From assembly GCF_038051925.1 (NCBI RefSeq), contig NZ_CP150634.1, positions 2,518,300 to 2,550,299 of the forward strand: a DNA stretch of 32,000 nt, given 5' to 3'. Positions 26,634 to 32,000 of the stretch are shown in pieces. Below the pieces are notes generated by a model. That model was not told the DNA's origin. It was given only the letters and a program-made list of their open reading frames with translations, and ran no database searches. The stretch comes from Methylotuvimicrobium sp. KM2 (GTDB lineage Bacteria > Pseudomonadota > Gammaproteobacteria > Methylococcales > Methylomonadaceae). The position numbers and the translations under genes are program-made. Within the stretch, counting starts at the first letter, position 1; every line of letters begins with the position of its first letter.

Positions 26634-27656
26634 TCAATCAAAAACACAGCTGTTATTGACCTTGATGGCAAAGGCAGGATGCGTTCTCTGCCATCGGTCG
26701 CGGCTGATAATCAAATTGTCTTCGTATTCCTGTTTGATATGAATATGAGCATAAATTCGTTGGGCTTTTTTATAACGAGGCCTGATTAAAGCATTTAGGG
26801 TTTTGATTGCCAATTGTTTTTTAAAAGCCTCCGCTCTTATTTCGCTAGAAAAAACACCTAATGAAATATCTCCCTTAACTTCGCCTTTCCGGAACAGCCA
26901 ATAATCGGTAATTCCTTTTTGTTTCAAAAGTTCAACATTTTCCAATGATTGTTCATAAGTTTCACCGGCCGGCAAGTACACCATGTAATCGCTAATCTTT
27001 TGCTCTTCTCGGCGCACCGATTTGATCGAAGCGGAATTGATGCCCGTCTGTTTTCGCCAGCTGTAAAATTGCTGCATCGTATCGAACGGCCCGGCCTCAT
27101 AACACATACTGGACTCAACCTTGTTTTTTTTAGGCGCCATTTCTTGTTTTTTAACAATCGGGGCGTTTGCGGCGTCAATGTCGGTTCCGCCAAGTTCTTG
27201 TTTGGCACGACGATTGGTTTCATCCGAAATACTGGTTTTTGGGGGTGTTGGAGTTGCCTTAGTCAAGGCTATCGAAGCATCGTTGAAAGCAAGAATGGGG
27301 GGTGATTTTTTTGGCCGGGTTTGAGATATCTGATGTGAAACGAAATGCATATCGAGCCATTCGGCCAACAGCAAACTGGACCTGACCCCCGAAGAAGGCG
27401 CTAAACTATAATCTGAAACGAATATAGCACTGCGAATCGATTGCTCAATCGCCGTACCGGCGGCACACCATGATAACCCGGATTGCGCTTGCTTAAGGCT
27501 CGGTGAGTCGTTTAGTTCCGAAACCAGGATAATTTGCTCTCTTGTATCCGCTGAATTAATGAGAACATCACGCTCCAATGAAATAGTGCCTGAATGATAT
27601 TGCCATAAAAAAAAAGTGATATTGAGCATTATTAGCAATAAGGCCAAAAGTTTCAT
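26634..27656 (-). CDS. SPOR domain-containing membrane protein
   Basis: 340 aa. N-terminal TM helix (LLALLLIMLNITFFLW), a low-complexity linker and a C-terminal SPOR-like repeat (CYEAGPF...DYMVYLP...GDISLGVFSSEIRAEAFKKQL). Sits downstream of birA-coaX, an arrangement I recall from memory as common in gammaproteobacteria. Confidence 0.7.
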   Translation of the reverse strand: MKLLALLLIMLNITFFLWQYHSGTISLERDVLINSADTREQIILVSELNDSPSLKQAQSGLSWCAAGTAIEQSIRSAIFVSDYSLAPSSGVRSSLLLAEWLDMHFVSHQISQTRPKKSPPILAFNDASIALTKATPTPPKTSISDETNRRAKQELGGTDIDAANAPIVKKQEMAPKKNKVESSMCYEAGPFDTMQQFYSWRKQTGINSASIKSVRREEQKISDYMVYLPAGETYEQSLENVELLKQKGITDYWLFRKGEVKGDISLGVFSSEIRAEAFKKQLAIKTLNALIRPRYKKAQRIYAHIHIKQEYEDNLIISRDRWQRTHPAFAIKVNNSCVFD

Positions 27657-27659
27657 AGC

Positions 27660-28571
27660 TTATTCCGCGAGAATCAATGACAAGCCTTTTAAGACCAAGT
27701 CCGGTACAACACAAGATACATTATCAAGATGAGGGGCAATATCGCCCGCGTCTCCACCGGTTAAAACTAACTTAGGATTTCGTGATAAATAACGTCCTGG
27801 AACTATGAGTTTTTTTGAGGGTTCGGTAACTCGATTGACAGGGCGCCGTGAATACTTCCGTGTAGACTTGACGACGGCTTTCCCTGTTTCTGACACCTGC
27901 CGATCGAGCAAGCGATCTCTCTGTAAAATGGGTAAGTTATTTACGGCTAAATCCTTAACAGGCTTGTTTAAATCTGCTATCAAGCTCTTAATCATACCGA
28001 TGACGGCATAAAGGGCGCCATTATCAATAGCATCGCTCGTATTTCGAGCCAAGACCGGTAAACCGCTTTGTGCGGAAAGCTGTAAATTGGCCGTGCCATT
28101 TGACAGCGAATGCTTCATTAAGGTTAAACCCGGACAAATGAGCCCTCCCAAATGACAACCGTTGCGGTCCATTACATCAATGGTAATGGCGGTCCCGCAG
28201 TCGACGATACAGACCGGTTCCGACCAGTAATGCCTGGCCGCTATTAGACACAGCCAACGATCCACGCCCAGTTTTTCCGGAAATTCATAAGCATTCCGAA
28301 CACCATACGCTTCGGCTACGGAATGAGCTTGTATTATGGACATAGAAGGCCACAGGTCCAGAGCAATTGTCTTGACTTGATCTAATACGGCATTCGAAGC
28401 CACGCAGGAAATAGCCATACGCCGCGGCGATTTCGGCAAGGCTCGCCAAGTGGAAAACAACCGGGCTTCAAAATCACTATCTTGATGAATAACAGGCACT
28501 CCCGGTTCTAAACGAATATCGTTATATCCCCACTTTACACGAGAGTTACCGATATCGACCAATAAGTCCAT
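27660..28571 (-). CDS. coaX: Type III pantothenate kinase CoaX carrying an in-frame ~58-aa insertion derived from a palindromic repeat
   Basis: 303 aa. DIGNSRVKWG, GVDRW, VDCGTAITID and LTGGDA motifs of type III PanK. Residues about 206-263 (KDLAVNNLPILQRDRLLDRQVSETGKAVVKSTRKYSRRPVNRVTEPSKKLIVPGRYLS) are encoded by the family-1 repeat. Without them the protein is about 245 aa, close to the roughly 250 aa I recall as typical of type III PanK. Confidence 0.9.
   Translation of the reverse strand: MDLLVDIGNSRVKWGYNDIRLEPGVPVIHQDSDFEARLFSTWRALPKSPRRMAISCVASNAVLDQVKTIALDLWPSMSIIQAHSVAEAYGVRNAYEFPEKLGVDRWLCLIAARHYWSEPVCIVDCGTAITIDVMDRNGCHLGGLICPGLTLMKHSLSNGTANLQLSAQSGLPVLARNTSDAIDNGALYAVIGMIKSLIADLNKPVKDLAVNNLPILQRDRLLDRQVSETGKAVVKSTRKYSRRPVNRVTEPSKKLIVPGRYLSRNPKLVLTGGDAGDIAPHLDNVSCVVPDLVLKGLSLILAE
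27782..27957. repeat. Family-1 nested palindromic element, intragenic copy inside coaX
   Basis: gtgataaataacgtcctggaactatgag...gggttcggtaactcgattgacagggcgccgtgaatacttccgtgtagacttgacgacggctttccctgtttctgacacctgccgatcgagcaagcgatc...aaaatgggtaagttatttacggctaaatcc aligns base-for-base over most of its length with 23942-24128, in the same orientation on the plus strand. Confidence 0.8.
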
Positions 28572-28575
28572 TCGG

Positions 28576-29565
28576 TCAATTCTTGCTAAAACTTACTTCG
28601 CCGGATGCAAAACAACAGGCTTTGCCGTCGGCAATCATTAAACGAAACAGGCCATTATCGTCGATTCCTCCAGCATTGCCTGTTATTGCAGAATCGCCAT
28701 GATAGATAACGACAGGACGGCCTTCCAGGCAATCGTAAGATCGCCATTCATCTAAATAAGGTTTTAAGCCATGGTTTTCGTAATCGGCAAGTATCGGCAA
28801 TAATTCATTCAACAACGTTCCTGCTAAACGATTTCTCGAAATGGATATCCCTCCCATAATCCGAGTCAAATCGATCCAAGCTTGATCGATCATTGCCGCT
28901 TCACGATCCGGCATATAAATATTCAACCCGATACCGATCACAGCCGCGCAAGGCCCATGAGTCTCCCCGGTCACTTCGATTAATATCCCGCCTAATTTAT
29001 GTTCCTGCCAATAAATATCGTTCGGCCATTTTAAACCGATACCGGATAAACCTAAGGATGCCAAGGCCCTGATCACGGAAACGCCGACAGCAAGACTCAA
29101 GCCTGAAATAGCGGACGGGCCGTTGTGAAAGTGCCACAAGAGCGACAGGTAAATATTTGAACCGAACGGCGAGACCCAGGACCTACCTCGCCGGCCTTTA
29201 CCTGCAGTTTGAAACTCAGCTAAACAAACCGCCCCGGATCGGGCTGCGCATTTAGCTTGATTGATCAAATGGTTATTCGTTGAATCAAGCCGGTCATGGA
29301 TGTTTAAATCCGAAATGCTCAAGCGAACACTCTCCATCAACACGGATTCGATTTTTTCACTGCTTAAAAATTCGATCGGGCGTTCTAGGCGGTAACCCTT
29401 GCCGCTCACTGCGATGGGCTCCAAGCCTAGTTCGGTTAAACTGTGTAACTGTTTCCAAACCGCCGATCTGCTCACACCGAGAGTATCGGCTAAAATAGAA
29501 CCCGAATGAAATTCGCCGTCGGCAAGGATCCCCAGAATTTTTTTTTGTTGATCGGTAATTGTCAC
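28576..29565 (-). CDS. birA: Bifunctional biotin-[acetyl-CoA-carboxylase] ligase / biotin operon repressor BirA
   Basis: 329 aa. N-terminal winged-HTH (GEFHSGSILADTLGVSRSAVWKQLHSL) and the biotin-binding loop GKGRRGRSW. The stop lies 4 nt upstream of the coaX start. Confidence 0.9.
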   Translation of the reverse strand: MTITDQQKKILGILADGEFHSGSILADTLGVSRSAVWKQLHSLTELGLEPIAVSGKGYRLERPIEFLSSEKIESVLMESVRLSISDLNIHDRLDSTNNHLINQAKCAARSGAVCLAEFQTAGKGRRGRSWVSPFGSNIYLSLLWHFHNGPSAISGLSLAVGVSVIRALASLGLSGIGLKWPNDIYWQEHKLGGILIEVTGETHGPCAAVIGIGLNIYMPDREAAMIDQAWIDLTRIMGGISISRNRLAGTLLNELLPILADYENHGLKPYLDEWRSYDCLEGRPVVIYHGDSAITGNAGGIDDNGLFRLMIADGKACCFASGEVSFSKN

Positions 29566-29640
29566 TGCACAGTAAAAATAGAATTATCGTTTTATCCGCC
29601 AAAATAATTAAGGACTTCGTGAAAGCCCCTAAAGTCAACA

Positions 29641-30222
29641 CTACGGCTCTTTATTCTCGCGGAGTTTTTGCATTTGCCTTTTAACGACATGCCTAATCAA
29701 CAACTCCCGGTCTTGCTCCTTCATATTGATATAATCGACACCAATAATATGAGAATAAATGCCTTCAGGATTCTTTTTGGGCTTGCAATAAATAACTCTT
29801 CCATAAGTGACAATGACAGCCATACACGAAACCAATAGCATTTTAATTTCCAGATAATCACCAACTGCCAAGACCTCCGCACACTCGAAAGCCAATCCGG
29901 ATGCGCTTAAATTAGCGTTGCGAGTATCCTTCTCTTTAAAATCGGTGCCTTGCATCATTATCGCCTGAGCAATCAAATCAATTTTACTTTCAATTAATTT
30001 CAAATAATCGGCTACATCCGGCACAGTCCGATCGAGCCGATGCATCATGATACGGGATTCTTGTGAAATTAATTCCAAAGCGGCGGACAACGAACAGTTG
30101 CCCAGCACATTATCGCTCATATGACTAGCCGGCGAGGCGGTCGCTTCATCTACTTTTTTATAGTAAAGATTAACTTGATCATCAATGCGAAAAAAACGCC
30201 GTCTATCTTTATCCCGATTCAT
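29641..30222 (-). CDS. PilZ domain protein with a long insertion between the two c-di-GMP-binding motifs
   Basis: 193 aa. RRRFFRI (RxxxR) at residues 7-13 and NLSASGLAF (D/NxSxxG) at about residues 104-112. About 90 predicted-helical residues lie between them, followed by a beta-rich C-terminal half. 60 nt downstream of motB. Confidence 0.7.
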   Translation of the reverse strand: MNRDKDRRRFFRIDDQVNLYYKKVDEATASPASHMSDNVLGNCSLSAALELISQESRIMMHRLDRTVPDVADYLKLIESKIDLIAQAIMMQGTDFKEKDTRNANLSASGLAFECAEVLAVGDYLEIKMLLVSCMAVIVTYGRVIYCKPKKNPEGIYSHIIGVDYINMKEQDRELLIRHVVKRQMQKLRENKEP

Positions 30223-30282
30223 TTAAATTTCCTGGAAATGAAATATATTTTTTGGATGCATCGACTTCGCCACCCCCTAATA

Positions 30283-31113
30283 TTACTCGACAAACTCTTG
30301 ACCTGCTTCGTCGGCGCCTGGTTCTACTTGCACGATAACGATCTCGACTCTTCGATTAAGCGCCCGGTTTTCGGGGGAATCGTTAGGTACTAACGGTCGG
30401 GTATCGGCATAACCCTGGATGACGAGTCGTGACGGTTCGGTTCCTGGTTGATCCAGCATGAAATGAGAAACGGTTACGGCACGAGAGGCAGACAATTCCC
30501 AATTCGAGCGATACATCTGCGTTCTAATCGGTCTGTCGTCTGAATGACCCGACACCAGAACTTTTCCGGGCGATTCGTTAACCGATGCGGTAATTTTAGT
30601 CAATACGGGCTCAAATCCGGTATTGAGCACCGCACTACCGGATGGAAACGATCCTTTTTCGCTAATGCGAATAATGATTTTTAGATTTTCCGTTTCCACC
30701 GAAACCAAACCCATCTTGATTTCTTCTTTTAAATCCTCTCTGATTTTTTCTGCCTGCTCCTCAATTTCGGCCTGTGTCAATTCCATTAGCTGTTTTTTTG
30801 CCGCTTCCAAGTTCGGCGAATCCTGCATAGTCGTCTGCTTGACTTCCTCTAGCGGAGTGGGCTCGGTCGGTGCCGGCGAAAAATGCTGGGCGATAATACT
30901 GGTCCCCATTGGAATATCGTATGCCGGCACATCCTTCTGTACGCCAAAAGCATTGATCATCGAATCAGCCATTTTTTTAAACTTGATGGTATCCATGGTT
31001 GCAAATGATAACAACAACACAAAGAAACACATCAGCAACGACATTAAGTCGGCAAAGGTCGTCAACCATGCGGGTGCTCCGACCGGGGGGCATTTGGGGC
31101 ATTCATCAGCCAT
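30283..31113 (-). CDS. motB: Flagellar stator protein MotB/MotD family (OmpA-like C-domain)
   Basis: 276 aa. AWLTTFADLMSLLMCFFVLLL (TM helix with the conserved Asp) and a C-terminal OmpA-like domain (VSGHSDDRPI...NWELSASRAVTV...GYADTRPLVPNDSPENRALNRRVEIV). Confidence 0.85.
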   Translation of the reverse strand: MADECPKCPPVGAPAWLTTFADLMSLLMCFFVLLLSFATMDTIKFKKMADSMINAFGVQKDVPAYDIPMGTSIIAQHFSPAPTEPTPLEEVKQTTMQDSPNLEAAKKQLMELTQAEIEEQAEKIREDLKEEIKMGLVSVETENLKIIIRISEKGSFPSGSAVLNTGFEPVLTKITASVNESPGKVLVSGHSDDRPIRTQMYRSNWELSASRAVTVSHFMLDQPGTEPSRLVIQGYADTRPLVPNDSPENRALNRRVEIVIVQVEPGADEAGQEFVE

Positions 31114-31120
31114 TTTTCAC

Positions 31121-31879
31121 CTATTCATTGTCGGTTTTTCGCTTTTTATCGGAAATATAGGAATTCAACAAAGACTCTAGAACCTTAGGATTCATACCTT
31201 CTTGTATGCCGGAAATCGTTTCTAATATAAGTTCTTTATTGGTTTTTTCATAAAGCATCACCTTAGCTAGCTTGTCGACGATCGGGAGCGCGAAACAGTT
31301 TGCCACTAACGCACCGTAAAGTGTTGTCAGTAAAGCGACGGCCATCGCAGGACCGATACTCGACGGATCGGACATGTTTGCGAGCATCTGCACCAAACCA
31401 ACCAACGTTCCGATCATACCCATTGCCGGCGCTAAATCGCCGACTCCTTTCCACATATCTTGACCTACTTCATTGCGCGATATCATTTGGTTAATTTCTT
31501 GAGACAGCATTTTTTTTACAAAAGCAGGATCATGCCCATCGACACAAAGATTGATACCTTTTCTCATAAATTCGTTTTCAATAGTCTCATTTTCCAAGGC
31601 CAGTAGACCGTTTTTTCGAGCGACATCGGAAAGCCTTACGGCTTCTTCGATTAACACTGCGGGGTCTTCCCTTTTGTTTAGAAAAGCTTTTCCTAAAACA
31701 CCGAAAGACCTTAAAAAATCGGATATAGGAATACGCATCAACGATACGCCGAAAGTACCGCCTATGACGATTAATATGGAGGGTAGATTTACAAATAACA
31801 TAACATCGCCGCCGGTAGCAATGGCGGCTGTAATAATCCCTATGCCCAATAAAAAGCCGATTAACGACGCTATATCCAC
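31121..31879 (-). CDS. motA: Flagellar stator protein MotA/PomA/MotC family
   Basis: 252 aa. Four TM segments, MotA/ExbB-type C-terminal region (GDLAPAMGMIGTLVGLVQML...GPAMAVALLTTLYGALVAN). The stop lies 7 nt upstream of the motB start. Confidence 0.85.
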   Translation of the reverse strand: MDIASLIGFLLGIGIITAAIATGGDVMLFVNLPSILIVIGGTFGVSLMRIPISDFLRSFGVLGKAFLNKREDPAVLIEEAVRLSDVARKNGLLALENETIENEFMRKGINLCVDGHDPAFVKKMLSQEINQMISRNEVGQDMWKGVGDLAPAMGMIGTLVGLVQMLANMSDPSSIGPAMAVALLTTLYGALVANCFALPIVDKLAKVMLYEKTNKELILETISGIQEGMNPKVLESLLNSYISDKKRKTDNE

Positions 31880-31953
31880 ATTTAACCTCTTCGTAATAAT
31901 GGATAATCAATCAGAACATTGAACAAACTCATTTGAGTCGCCCCCCCTTTTTT

Positions 31954-32000
31954 ATACCCTCGCAGATCAAAATTCGTCGCTGAAGTAACCGCGAAAGTCA
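31954..32000. repeat. Family-2 palindromic element, left arm only (truncated by the window end)
   Basis: ataccctcgcagatcaaaattcgtcgc matches the left terminus atacccttcgtagatcaaaattcggc of the copies at 7776 and 22882. Confidence 0.6.

Noticed and set aside
24173-27656. The idea that the L,D-transpeptidase, PBP7 endopeptidase and SPOR proteins are T6SS-associated peptidoglycan-remodelling accessories.
   Set aside because: They are separated from the cluster by two unrelated genes and several repeats. They carry their own signal peptides and lie contiguous with the birA-coaX-SPOR housekeeping block. Adjacency alone does not support a functional link.

Overview
About two thirds of the window (527-21569, all on the minus strand) is a type VI secretion system (T6SS) cluster with Pseudomonas H1-like gene content, arranged collinearly. 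Read 5'->3' on the minus strand the order is tagH(fha) - [no tssJ] - tssK - tssL(DotU+OmpA) - tssM - tagF::pppA fusion - tssA - tssB - tssC - hcp - tagJ - tssE - tssF - tssG - clpV. It is followed at the window edge (1-456) by the 5' part of a papain-like cysteine peptidase gene, a candidate effector. No vgrG, PAAR, tssJ or ppkA gene is present in the window. The right third holds envelope and housekeeping genes: SIMPL-domain protein, DUF2490-like outer-membrane protein, LysM/YkuD/SPOR L,D-transpeptidase, PBP7-type endopeptidase, SPOR protein, coaX, birA, a PilZ protein and a motA/motB-type stator pair. The least expected content is non-coding. At least three families of nested palindromic (REP/MITE-like) elements are scattered through the window. 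Copies sit at cistron junctions inside the T6SS operon and in the exact slot where tssJ is expected, and one copy has a smaller palindromic element inserted into it. A ~175-nt copy lies in frame inside the otherwise normal coaX gene, adding ~58 residues. All calls come from reading the supplied translations and the DNA by eye; no database search was run.
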